This document shows, in pieces, positions 10,588 to 20,169 of a stretch of 64,000 bases of DNA. The position numbers were made by a program, and so were the translations under genes. The notes beneath the pieces are model-generated. The model was not told the origin of the DNA and made no database searches. It saw nothing but the letters and a program-made list of their open reading frames with translations. The stretch's first letter is position 1. Each line of letters opens with the position of its first letter. Source of the DNA: Candidatus Algichlamydia australiensis (GTDB lineage Bacteria > Chlamydiota > Chlamydiia > Chlamydiales > JAJFMI01); the NCBI GenBank assembly GCA_033977065.1, contig JAXCHI010000004.1, positions 96,001-160,000 of the forward strand. The letters are read 5' to 3'.

Positions 10588-12230
10588 AAAACGGTCTTGG
10601 TAGGTTTATTGAGCACCGTTTTTCTAAAAAAGAGAACTGGTTCCCTTCAGCTATTTTATCTTGGATTGAATCTAGTCAAAAAGAGCCTGAAAAATTTTAT
10701 GAAGAGCTTTTAGGTTACTGCCAAAAAAAGCTTGCACTTTCACTAGATAAGTATGATTTTTACCAGAGTGCTGTTCTCCAACATCTAGGTAAAAATGCTA
10801 CTGCTCTTTCCATAATGAATGCAAATGGTGTCTATGAGGAGTGGTCTTATGAGAAGCTGCATTTGGCAGTAAATTATCAAGTCAATCGTTGGAGAGCTCT
10901 TGGCCTTTCAACTGGTCAATGTGTAGCGATTGTTGCTCCAGTTTCGCCTCACTATTTTGTCGCTTATCTCACAGCATTGCGCTTAGGATTGAGTATTGCC
11001 TACTTTCCTTTGAATGATCCTTTTTTGTCTAAAGCAGTGATCTTGCAAAAGCTCATGGAGTTAAAGCCTTTTGCTGTAATTACTTCTGAGGAGGATTTTC
11101 CAAAAGATCCCTCTTATGAAACCATTGAGTTACTTGAGCTGCCAGAATCAAAAAACAATTACACTCCAACTTCTACAAATTATTCACCAGAAACCACGAC
11201 ACAAATTTTTATCGGCACCTACTCTAAAACGTTCCTTACACTTACCCCGCTCTCAGCAAAAAATCTCTATTTTGCTGTTCTACGGGATGCCGTAGCTCTT
11301 TTAGGGCTAGTTCCAGGATCAACTCTTGCCTATCCACTGGGCTCTTCTCTCTATCATCCTAATATCTTGAACACACTTTTCCTTGGTGCTCGGTTTTTGC
11401 ACGTTGATTCGGGATTTCTTAAGAAAAATCCCCAATGCATGGCAAAAGAAAAAGTTCATGTTTTTGGTTTATCTAAGGCAGCAATGACTCTTTGGGAAGA
11501 GACGCCTGGTGTTCCCTCAAGCAGTCTTAAACTGATATATAAATCCCCCTTTGATCAGAGGTGCTTTACTTTTAAAGCATTTGCGGTAGTCAACAAGATA
11601 GAAAAAGTTTCAAGCGCAAATCTACTGATTGATAATAGCGCAGGAGGGGTTACTCTTTTTTCTAAACTCTCTCTCGATTTTCCCGAACTTTTTATGCTTC
11701 CAAACATAGGTCTTTCTTGGGAACTTTCTGATCTGAAAAAAAAGGAAAAAAAATCTTTGAGGAATTTTGGCAGCTTTTCTGTAAGTGGGATGATGACACC
11801 TCTTCTTCTTGTAAAAAACGATCAAGGGTATATCCTCAGCGACTCTCAAGTGCCCTCAAGGGATGGAAAACCCTTTCCTGTTGAGAAAATCGAGAGTGCT
11901 ATCTCTTCTATTCCTGTAATAGAGAGTGCCTCTCTTTTTCATGCTGTAAAGGGAGGAACAATTGCAAATCGGGTTTATGTTTTGCTTGTTTTTACCTACG
12001 AGAGAGGGCCTTCTCTTGAAGAAGCTATACATAATACGATTCTTGATCAAGTAGGTGAAGCTTACCTACCTGATTATATCGAGTATTACCCACTTCATCC
12101 CAAAACTCAAGCTGGGCAAGTTGACAAAAATTGGTGTAAAGAGCAGTATGCTACCGGATTACTTGATAAAAAAAGTAATATTGAGATCTACAAAAAATTA
12201 TCTCAGCTACAAACTCTTTTAGGGAGGTAA
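10584..12230 (+). CDS. Degenerate AMP-binding/acyl-CoA synthetase-fold protein in T6SS operon
   Basis: WSYEKLH..RALGLSTGQCVAI..ALRLG, KIESAISSIP and PKTQAGQV follow the ANL scaffold; no TSGTTG loop. Confidence 0.65.
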   Translation: MKNGLGRFIEHRFSKKENWFPSAILSWIESSQKEPEKFYEELLGYCQKKLALSLDKYDFYQSAVLQHLGKNATALSIMNANGVYEEWSYEKLHLAVNYQVNRWRALGLSTGQCVAIVAPVSPHYFVAYLTALRLGLSIAYFPLNDPFLSKAVILQKLMELKPFAVITSEEDFPKDPSYETIELLELPESKNNYTPTSTNYSPETTTQIFIGTYSKTFLTLTPLSAKNLYFAVLRDAVALLGLVPGSTLAYPLGSSLYHPNILNTLFLGARFLHVDSGFLKKNPQCMAKEKVHVFGLSKAAMTLWEETPGVPSSSLKLIYKSPFDQRCFTFKAFAVVNKIEKVSSANLLIDNSAGGVTLFSKLSLDFPELFMLPNIGLSWELSDLKKKEKKSLRNFGSFSVSGMMTPLLLVKNDQGYILSDSQVPSRDGKPFPVEKIESAISSIPVIESASLFHAVKGGTIANRVYVLLVFTYERGPSLEEAIHNTILDQVGEAYLPDYIEYYPLHPKTQAGQVDKNWCKEQYATGLLDKKSNIEIYKKLSQLQTLLGR

Positions 12231-12233
12231 TGT

Positions 12234-12563
12234 ATGGGAGAGATGGTAGGAGATGGTGCAAAATTTACTTGCACGCTCTGCGATTCAGAAATTGAACTTG
12301 AAGTTTCCGAATCATCTACAACAGGAAGTGGTAAAAAAATCGCTACCGAGTCAAACCACAAATTCATACCCGCACCCTTATGCAAAATAGTTCCCCAGTC
12401 ACCACCTCCATGCGCCCCTGCTGTTGCTATTACTGACCCAGGACAATCGCCAGTTAGCATTGATGGGAGCCAGGCTTTAGGAAAAGAGTGTCAAGGAGTA
12501 TGTATGCGCGGGGGTTCGCTAGCTCTTTCGGACCCGGCTCAGGAAGTTTTTCAGCATAATTGA
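12234..12563 (+). CDS. DUF4280 PAAR-like spike-tip protein (IglG-like)
   Basis: GAKFTC..KIAT..C..PC.P..VSIDGSQAL..CMRGGSLALSDPAQ pattern; six Cys; GGAGG RBS. Confidence 0.8.
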   Translation: MGEMVGDGAKFTCTLCDSEIELEVSESSTTGSGKKIATESNHKFIPAPLCKIVPQSPPPCAPAVAITDPGQSPVSIDGSQALGKECQGVCMRGGSLALSDPAQEVFQHN

Positions 12564-12601
12564 TGTAGTAAGCAGAATAAGTGCAATTTTAGGAGGAAAA
12601 G

Positions 12602-15600
12602 ATGGCAGTAGATGGAAGCGGAGGGATGAATCTGGGAGGAAGTTTTCCTAGTTCCGATAGCTCAAAGGCAACATTTAAGCAGCTTACAAGCGGGGTTTTT
12701 AAGGCTCAGGTTGCGGATTGGAGTGATAGATTAAGTTGGCATGAGAAGCAGAAAGAAAATAGAAATCTGTTAAAAGCAGCGATTACTGTTGATACAGCTC
12801 TATTTTCAATCGTTTTTGCTCACGCATGTACACTTTTTAAAAAAGATGATGCAAGATCCGGGAAGATCACTGCTTTAGTCTATTTAGCTGCTCGGGTCTC
12901 ACTTTTTTACTCAGCGGCCCACCTTCTTTTTGTGCAATTAGGCCTTAGAATCTTAGAGGGTAAAAAACCAGAAACTAAGAAAGATTTAAGTTCACAAGAA
13001 ACACTTCTAGAAATTGCTGGGTGGCTGTTTTCTGGAGTACATTTTTATAATCACTATCGCACCCCAGTTATCGATTCAAAAATCAAAATTCTCAAAGATG
13101 CCACAAATGAAGTTGAGCAACTATCCTTTCGCGTTGATACGGTCTATCATCGATTTGCAATAGTCATGAAACAGCTTGCGGAAAAAATAGGGGGTAGTAA
13201 GGAGCTTGCTACGATTAGTAGAGAAATTAAAAAATTAAAGCTCCCTGAAAAAGAAGAAAAGATTTTGGAATCTAATATTGATGCAATTGTCAATTGTGAT
13301 GCAGAAGGAAAGAGTGCTGAACTGTTCGCGAGATTTTCTGCTGAATTTAGTGAAGAAAGGGCAGACGTAGGTGATGTTGTTCTCAGGTCTGCGGATATAG
13401 AAGAAGTAAAAGCAAACCTATTGACAATTGCTAAGAAAAATAAAACAGGTTTTCAAAATTCCTTAGAGAGTGCCGTTAAAGTAGGTGATAGAGAGTTTAT
13501 CTCTGATTTCTTTGCATTAGGAGATGAGTACATCGCGCTTATAGATCTGCGCAAACTTTTGATTTTAGCGATTGAAAGTAGCCAGAAAGAAGTTGTAGGA
13601 GTTCTCGTTGAAAGAAATATTAAAGAGCTTGCTAAATTGAGTGGAACTGCATATACAAAGCTCGCACACGAGCATAATGAGGGAGATATTTTAAAGACAC
13701 TTGTATCAGGTGGATTTGAAAGAGAGGAAAGTTTGCTTTCTGAGGTTGTAAGAGATGGAACGGTCGAAGATGTAAGCAACCTTCTTGATGCTCATGAAAA
13801 TAAGGAAGCAACTCAAACTCCCCAAGAACTTCAGCAAGCGCTTATAAGTGCAATTAAGAGTGGTAAAAAGGAAGCTGTTGAAAATCTCTTAAAAGTAGGA
13901 GTCTCATGTACTGAAAAATGTTTTGAAGAAGAAAAAACACCGCTAATGTTTGCGATTGATGAGGGTCTAACAGAAATCGCATCAATATTAATTCCTGAGT
14001 ATTCAAAAGAAGATCGTAATAAAGTAGATAAAAGTGTAGAAACAGCTCTTTTTAAAGCAGTGAAAAAGGGAGAGGAACAAACAGTTAAAGATCTTTTATT
14101 AGATAAAGATAAAAAAGCTTCATTATGCATAAAATGTGGAGAAAATGAAGAGACACCTCTTATATTCGCGATTCGAAAGGGTAATCTCTCTACCGCAGAA
14201 ATATTAATTGAAAATAGTTCTGAGGAAGATCTTCGCACGACTGATAAAGCTAATCAAACTGCACTTTACTATGCAGAAAAGGGTAAATATAAAACCATAG
14301 TTGAAAAAATTGTAGGTAAATGGGGAGATCCAGTTAAGGCTGATTATGAAAACCAGAAAACAACTTTGACAAAAGCAATTGTTGAAAAAAAATTTCTTGA
14401 GGCAGAAGCTCTTATTGGGAAATTCGATCATGAACAAGTTGACATAGGCAATCCAGGAGAGAGAGCTTTAGATTACTTGTTGGCATGTGGAGATAAAGCA
14501 GAAGCATGCATGCAAAAATTCTATGAGGAATATCATGGGGACTTATCAACAGATGACATGGTACTGATTCTTTTTTGGTTTATGAAAAGAGATAGTGATG
14601 TCTCTCGTAAGTTTGCCGCTGAGACTATTTTCCTAGAAGCTAATAAGAAAGAGAATTTTTTAAATGTAGTTCAATATTTGCTTGAGGATGCTACGAAAGG
14701 AATTTCTGAAGAAGAAACAGTAGAATACTTAGATTGGGTAGCTCGAAGAGGAAACACAGATGTTATCAGAACTTGGTTAAATATGTTAGGAATCTCTGCA
14801 ATTCCCCAAAAGAAAAAACTTCTTAATTGGCTTAATTTTGCAATTCAACAAGGGAATCTCGATTTAACTAAATACTATTTAGAAAAAATTAGAACTGATG
14901 AAAACCAGATACTTGAAAATAGAGATTTAACAGATCTTGGTGAAGAAAATATCAAAAACATTAGAAGGTCTCGTAGAAATTGGGAGAAGAAAAAAGGAGA
15001 GAATCAATGGCTCTTTGTTGAAGCTCATTTAAATGCTATTGAGAAGGGAGAGCAGGAATTATTGGATATTGTTCGAGAGTATAGTGGCATTCAAGAGAGT
15101 AAAGAGGGCAACAAGTATGTTGAAGAGTTGGTATGGCTCATTAAAAGATTTTCTGAAGGAGCAGAACAGGCTCAACCGATGATTACACAAATTCTAAACG
15201 AACATCCTAGTGCAATGAATTGTCTTTGCAATGATGGGTTGACAGCTCTCATGCATGCAAACACTCTGTTAAAAGATGGTAGTCTTTCAAATTTTTTAGA
15301 GTATGATGGATTAGATTTATACACGCTCGACTTTGAAGGAATTCCACTTTTAGGCCATGCGGTCCGTGGAGGTAAAGAGAAGAATATAGAAGTTGTTTTT
15401 TCTTATTGCCAATCTGATTTGGAAAGATCTTTGGCTATTGCAAAAGAGACAGAAGGAGTAGATTCCAATATTGTTAATACTTTTTTAAATTTGGTAAAAG
15501 AGAAAACGCAGGGGGGTGAAGGGATGTCGGTTGATTCACCGTTAGTTCATGCGGCTGGTGCTGGTAATTGGGGTAAGGTAAAAGAGCTTCTTAAGAGGCA

Positions 15601-16627
15601 TCAAGATTCTTTAAGGCTAGCGCTTATACTAGCAACAACTTCAACGAGGATTCCAAAACATATTCTCGATTTAATTGAAGAGGAGCTTATACAAGCGGAC
15701 TTTGATGTAAGAGATGATTACAGGACTTTCTTGCAGTGGGCTGTTGAAGCAGGCTCTTTTAGGTGTGTCACAAGCATATTAAGTAGGCTAAAAGTCGATG
15801 ACCCTGCCGTTCATGGGGTTTTGAAAACAAGCTGGGAATCCGGAGATCGAGCAATTTTTCAGTGCTGTCTCTTCCATTCAAACTCTCAAAAGTTGTACCA
15901 AGATTATTTAATGAAAGGTGCAGAAAGAGGAGATCAGGAGCTAGTTAGGCAAATTGTAGGCAGTCGCGATCCTAAAGTAAAAGATATATCAAAAAAAATT
16001 GCTTTGTTTTGTGCTTGGGAAGAAGGGCATAAAGCCATTGCCAAATATTTAAGTACCTCTCTTGGAGGGGATTTTGGAAACAATTCTAAGAGGAGGACTT
16101 TTGTTGAGTATGCTGCATTGTACCAGCTCTTTGGTATGATAGATATGACGATGAGATCACTTACAAATAAAGGAAAAAGAAGAGATTGTGTTGTGTACGC
16201 TGCCCGTTATGGAAATGAACAACTTTTAAAAGAGTTAGAAAAACTATGGAGTTTTTCAAAGGAGTCACAAACTCTTTCTAAAGGCTTGGAAACAGCTATT
16301 TTGAATCAACATTTGCCTATAGTCGAATATTTTTTAGAGTTAGGAGCAGTTCCTGAAGATAAGTGGATTGAGTATGCGCTCCTACTACAGGATTTAGACA
16401 TGGCAGTTATGCTTGCGGATAAGAGCAGTTATGAAAATCTTGAAGCTTACTTAGAAGTTAAAAAAACTCAAACTGAAAAAGCAACTAGTAAAATTAAAAA
16501 AGATTTTGATGGTTTAATTATGGAGGAAGAAAAAGTGAAAATCGAAAGAAAAGGAACTTTAAGGCTTGCATTGATGGATTTCTTTAAAGATGATCTTGGA
16601 AAAAAAGCGAAGAAGAATAAGGGCTAA
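12602..16627 (+). CDS. Large ankyrin-repeat protein with N-terminal hydrophobic segments (effector candidate)
   Basis: Repeats such as KTPLMFAIDEG, ETALFKAVKKG, ETPLIFAIRKG, QTALYYA, SPLVHAAGAG; AGGAGG RBS. Confidence 0.85.
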   Translation: MAVDGSGGMNLGGSFPSSDSSKATFKQLTSGVFKAQVADWSDRLSWHEKQKENRNLLKAAITVDTALFSIVFAHACTLFKKDDARSGKITALVYLAARVSLFYSAAHLLFVQLGLRILEGKKPETKKDLSSQETLLEIAGWLFSGVHFYNHYRTPVIDSKIKILKDATNEVEQLSFRVDTVYHRFAIVMKQLAEKIGGSKELATISREIKKLKLPEKEEKILESNIDAIVNCDAEGKSAELFARFSAEFSEERADVGDVVLRSADIEEVKANLLTIAKKNKTGFQNSLESAVKVGDREFISDFFALGDEYIALIDLRKLLILAIESSQKEVVGVLVERNIKELAKLSGTAYTKLAHEHNEGDILKTLVSGGFEREESLLSEVVRDGTVEDVSNLLDAHENKEATQTPQELQQALISAIKSGKKEAVENLLKVGVSCTEKCFEEEKTPLMFAIDEGLTEIASILIPEYSKEDRNKVDKSVETALFKAVKKGEEQTVKDLLLDKDKKASLCIKCGENEETPLIFAIRKGNLSTAEILIENSSEEDLRTTDKANQTALYYAEKGKYKTIVEKIVGKWGDPVKADYENQKTTLTKAIVEKKFLEAEALIGKFDHEQVDIGNPGERALDYLLACGDKAEACMQKFYEEYHGDLSTDDMVLILFWFMKRDSDVSRKFAAETIFLEANKKENFLNVVQYLLEDATKGISEEETVEYLDWVARRGNTDVIRTWLNMLGISAIPQKKKLLNWLNFAIQQGNLDLTKYYLEKIRTDENQILENRDLTDLGEENIKNIRRSRRNWEKKKGENQWLFVEAHLNAIEKGEQELLDIVREYSGIQESKEGNKYVEELVWLIKRFSEGAEQAQPMITQILNEHPSAMNCLCNDGLTALMHANTLLKDGSLSNFLEYDGLDLYTLDFEGIPLLGHAVRGGKEKNIEVVFSYCQSDLERSLAIAKETEGVDSNIVNTFLNLVKEKTQGGEGMSVDSPLVHAAGAGNWGKVKELLKRHQDSLRLALILATTSTRIPKHILDLIEEELIQADFDVRDDYRTFLQWAVEAGSFRCVTSILSRLKVDDPAVHGVLKTSWESGDRAIFQCCLFHSNSQKLYQDYLMKGAERGDQELVRQIVGSRDPKVKDISKKIALFCAWEEGHKAIAKYLSTSLGGDFGNNSKRRTFVEYAALYQLFGMIDMTMRSLTNKGKRRDCVVYAARYGNEQLLKELEKLWSFSKESQTLSKGLETAILNQHLPIVEYFLELGAVPEDKWIEYALLLQDLDMAVMLADKSSYENLEAYLEVKKTQTEKATSKIKKDFDGLIMEEEKVKIERKGTLRLALMDFFKDDLGKKAKKNKG

Positions 16628-16629
16628 AT

Positions 16630-16833
16630 TTATTTACGAAGATGCAGGCCAATATGAAAGCATGTGCCTTTTTTTGCAAGGGGGGCAAGAGGCCCCTCCG
16701 GCTTAATGTTTTCTGCGATGGGAACTTTTCTTTTTTTTGTAGCTGCAGTTTGGTCAGATGTGTTAGCTTTCCCTTTTCTCAAGGGGTTTATGAGTTTATT
16801 GAGGATTTTTTTGAATTTAGAGGGGGCTTTCAT
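16630..16833 (-). CDS. Small basic hypothetical protein
   Basis: ATGA overlap with upstream 61-aa ORF; fills the gap to the convergent ankyrin gene. Confidence 0.35.
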   Translation of the reverse strand: MKAPSKFKKILNKLINPLRKGKANTSDQTAATKKRKVPIAENIKPEGPLAPLAKKGTCFHIGLHLRK

Positions 16834-17015
16834 TTAAAAATCTCCATGTCTAGTAGTTCTTCAAATTCGTTGAGAAGAGCTGCCCACTCCTCCAGAGGCG
16901 CATTGCGGATCTGATCGAGGCGATTTTGGAAAAAATTCGGATCACTCACCTCGGGTAGGGCTTGCTCGATTTCATTTAGTTTTTTAACCATCTCAAATGG
17001 GACTGTTGATTCCAT
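16830..17015 (-). CDS. Small acidic helical hypothetical protein
   Basis: Starts 5 nt after tssL stop; amphipathic helical composition. Confidence 0.5.
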   Translation of the reverse strand: MESTVPFEMVKKLNEIEQALPEVSDPNFFQNRLDQIRNAPLEEWAALLNEFEELLDMEIFK

Positions 17016-17020
17016 GCCTG

Positions 17021-17635
17021 CTAGTTTAGAGTTGATTGAGCAAATAAGATGAGTAAAAAGAGGAATGAGAGTGCAGCGGCGGCAGCATAGTAGTGTTTTG
17101 GTTTGAATTTTTGAGGTTTTTGAGGAGATAGCTCTTCACTCTTCTTTAGTTCGATTTTCGCGTTTCCAATACGCTCTTGCAAAAGATCTAGATATTTATC
17201 GATTTGTAGTTGCGTATCTTTATATTGTCCTTTAAACCCTCGCTTAATAATAAAGTAATAGACTTCATAAACAATTAGGGGTGTTTGGCGGTCCTCCAAA
17301 ATGCTATCGCACTTTTTAAAAAAGACTTCGCCTGCTTTATGCGTACCAAGGGTGTGTTGTAAAGGAGGCCAACTAATATTATTTTTTATCTGCCTATGAG
17401 CAAAGCTTTGCATCTGTTCATTTATATAGGAGGTAAGAGCAAATTCAATCAGAAGACTTTGGGATGGATTAAGGTTTTTATGAAGAAAGTTTTTCAAACT
17501 TTCAAGAATTTTGGTTGCTTTGGTTTTTAGCATTTCCACCTGTTCTTGCTGAACCTCTTGGTGGTCGATCAACTCTCGCTCGGTTTCTATCTCCTCAAGA
17601 CAAGAAGAAATTTTTGGCCAGTATTGTGAGCTCAT
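17021..17635 (-). CDS. tssL: T6SS TssL/DotU
   Basis: AGEVFF..VYEVYYFIIKRGFKGQY DotU signature; C-terminal TM anchor. Confidence 0.9.
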   Translation of the reverse strand: MSSQYWPKISSCLEEIETERELIDHQEVQQEQVEMLKTKATKILESLKNFLHKNLNPSQSLLIEFALTSYINEQMQSFAHRQIKNNISWPPLQHTLGTHKAGEVFFKKCDSILEDRQTPLIVYEVYYFIIKRGFKGQYKDTQLQIDKYLDLLQERIGNAKIELKKSEELSPQKPQKFKPKHYYAAAAALSFLFLLILFAQSTLN

Positions 17636-19223
17636 TCTGTTTCCCTCCTTTTATGATTAATGGACGCTTGGCTCCCGGAATGTGCACTTTCACCTCTATT
17701 TCAAAATAGGAGAGCCATGCGTGCAAAAACTTATGTAGATACACAAAAAATAGTACGACAAGCTCCCATTTTTGTCCGCCCCAATTTTTAAGAAAAAACT
17801 CATACTCCATTAAAGAGCCGGTGTTGTTATCTTTGATTTTTTGGTTGGTTTGCATTTTCACAATGAGGTCGGGGATGATATCAAAAAGACTATTATCAAG
17901 ATTTTTTGCTGCATTTAAGATGAAAAGAAGCTCATTAAGCGTAAATGTGTTTTGATTCTTGAGGGAGAAAATGCGCAGTAGGTAGTTAGGGTCATCTTGT
18001 TGTGTATTTTCATAAGGGTATATTTTGCTTAGGAGGCGCGTTTTTTTATTTGTAAGTTGCGAGATAGAGGCTTGTATGGTCTGCTCTTCATTTACTGTAT
18101 CGGCAAACCATGGTTGTGTCCAAAGGGCTTTTACAGTAAGGGTTTCAGGCTTTGTAAAGGCTTTTGGCATGTTGAGAAGAAGGTGCTTAGAGTGGTAGTC
18201 GATTTCGTAGGTCTCTTCTTTGCGCCCTAAAATACCGGGTTTTAAAGTTTTCGTTCCTGTAGGAAGAATTTTTGCTACGTGGAGAACGGTGTGAAGCTGG
18301 TATTTAAGACTTGGTTCTGGGTGAAGCAGTGGGTATCCCTCTTTTGTTCCATCGCATATAACTGGATCCGAGTACTCAGTTTTAAGATTGATTATGGGTA
18401 CGGCAAAAGGAACAAATGTCTCGTCTGTAAGTTTAATGCTAGAAGGCCAGCTAGAAGAGAGGCGAATTGTTATCGTAATCTCTTTCCACCCTTTTTCAAT
18501 CTCAGGCAGGTCAAGGGTCATATAAAGCTCTTGCTGCGGGAAGTGAAAAAAGGTACGAACCTGCTCAACTGGGTGAGTAAGGATTTTGCGATGACCTCGA
18601 TATCCAAATGTTGCTTTGGTAGTTTGAGGTTCTTCACAATCATAAGTAATGGTGATGCTCTCCATTGATCGCTGCAGTGCAAAAAAAATACGCAGAGAAG
18701 AGAAGAAGCTAGAGAGGTGGTTAATATAGAAAGGGATTTCGCTGATTCTCTTATTTGTCTTTTCACTTAGTCGATAAGTCATGCTGAAAAGATAGGTGTG
18801 ATCTTGTTGCTTTTCAAATTCAGATTGGGCTATCGACATTGGCAGGAGAGAGAGCGGTTCAAGGGTTTGGAAAGTTGCTTTAGGATTATTGTCTGTGCAA
18901 AGGTAAAATTCGGTTCCTGCTGGAAGATCTATAATTTCCGGGTTTTTCAAGGAGTGGGCAACTTGTAGCATGGAGACGGAAGGGAGGGGATTGAGTAAAA
19001 AGGGAAAATATTGACGAAAAAGGCATTGATGCATCTGTGTCATTTTATCTACGGCTTGTAAACGAGATTGCGCTCCATAAAATGCAAGAGCTTCAATCAT
19101 GCGCTTTACGTTTGGGTCGTCAATTTCAAGAGGGGTATCTTTATATAGTTCAAGATGCGTAGCACGAAATCTTTCAATCTCTCTTAGGTTTTGCAGAAAA
19201 GCTTGATAGAGGCTATCACTCAT
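17595..19223 (-). CDS. tssF: T6SS baseplate TssF
   Basis: DDPNVKRMIEALAF, PFLLNPLPSVSMLQ, FFHFPQQ, VPIINL motifs. Confidence 0.87.
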   Translation of the reverse strand: MSDSLYQAFLQNLREIERFRATHLELYKDTPLEIDDPNVKRMIEALAFYGAQSRLQAVDKMTQMHQCLFRQYFPFLLNPLPSVSMLQVAHSLKNPEIIDLPAGTEFYLCTDNNPKATFQTLEPLSLLPMSIAQSEFEKQQDHTYLFSMTYRLSEKTNKRISEIPFYINHLSSFFSSLRIFFALQRSMESITITYDCEEPQTTKATFGYRGHRKILTHPVEQVRTFFHFPQQELYMTLDLPEIEKGWKEITITIRLSSSWPSSIKLTDETFVPFAVPIINLKTEYSDPVICDGTKEGYPLLHPEPSLKYQLHTVLHVAKILPTGTKTLKPGILGRKEETYEIDYHSKHLLLNMPKAFTKPETLTVKALWTQPWFADTVNEEQTIQASISQLTNKKTRLLSKIYPYENTQQDDPNYLLRIFSLKNQNTFTLNELLFILNAAKNLDNSLFDIIPDLIVKMQTNQKIKDNNTGSLMEYEFFLKNWGGQKWELVVLFFVYLHKFLHAWLSYFEIEVKVHIPGAKRPLIIKGGKQNELTILAKNFFLS

Positions 19224-19227
19224 AAAG

Positions 19228-20166
19228 TTACCAGTTGACGAATGCGTCGCTATCGATGCTTAAAAGGTTTTTAAGAAGTTTCCACTGGAGGTTCTCTTTA
19301 CTTTCCCAATGGTGTGCGATGACATCAGCGTGCTTTGCGTGTAGGGATAAAAATGTGGAAAAGAGCTCTGGAAAGTAGTGGATAGGATCGAAGTTTTCAA
19401 TTTCACTTGTAATTACTTGTGCGCAAACAGCGGCTTTGTTGTAGGATTCATTTTCAATAAGGTTTTCAAAAATTTTTATTAAGCTAATTAATTTTTCAAA
19501 GGGTTTAGATGGAGTGGGGTTAGGAGATTGCTTTTCTACCTCATTTGGGAGCAGGGGCTCTTCTTGTATGCAATCTTCTTCTTCGACAAGTTCTTCTTGC
19601 TTCTCTTCTTGACTAGGCTCTTTTTTCATCTCTTTGATTTTCGCGCTCAAGCTATAAATACTTTTGATTGCTTGAGATTTTGGCCATCTGCTTTGAAAAA
19701 ATAGGACAAATGTCTTTATTTCATCGATCAATGCTTCATTTTCACTTGGAGAAATTGCGTGGCACTTCTCCCAAAGAAGACGGTTTTGGGCATCTTTTTG
19801 CATGACCATTTTGCAATATTCAAGTTTTTTTGCAATTTGTGAAAAGAGCCAATTAGTACTGGTTTGTGTATGGACTTCAAGAAGTGTTTTTGGTTCAAGA
19901 GTTTTCCACTTTTTCTTTATAAGATTTTGTAGGAAAGGGAGGGTTTGAAGAAGGCTTACAACTCCATTTTTTAAAAACTGGATGTAAAGGTAATGAGCAA
20001 TAATACGGATATCTGGTCGGTTTTCATCAAGAAGTGTTTCTACTTTTTCTTGCGCTCGAATAGCCTTCTCACCCTCCATGAATTTCACAATTTCATCAAA
20101 GCTTTGGGAGGAAACGGGCTTTTTTTTAGAGGCTTTTTCTAACAGGATTTTTTCTAGGAGGTTCAT
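19228..20166 (-). CDS. TssA-like / IglI-family T6SS protein
   Basis: ImpA_N-like DIRIIAHYLY..W..LEP, acidic/Pro linker, C-terminal FDPIHYFPELF domain; position in operon. Confidence 0.65.
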   Translation of the reverse strand: MNLLEKILLEKASKKKPVSSQSFDEIVKFMEGEKAIRAQEKVETLLDENRPDIRIIAHYLYIQFLKNGVVSLLQTLPFLQNLIKKKWKTLEPKTLLEVHTQTSTNWLFSQIAKKLEYCKMVMQKDAQNRLLWEKCHAISPSENEALIDEIKTFVLFFQSRWPKSQAIKSIYSLSAKIKEMKKEPSQEEKQEELVEEEDCIQEEPLLPNEVEKQSPNPTPSKPFEKLISLIKIFENLIENESYNKAAVCAQVITSEIENFDPIHYFPELFSTFLSLHAKHADVIAHHWESKENLQWKLLKNLLSIDSDAFVNW

Positions 20167-20169
20167 TGG

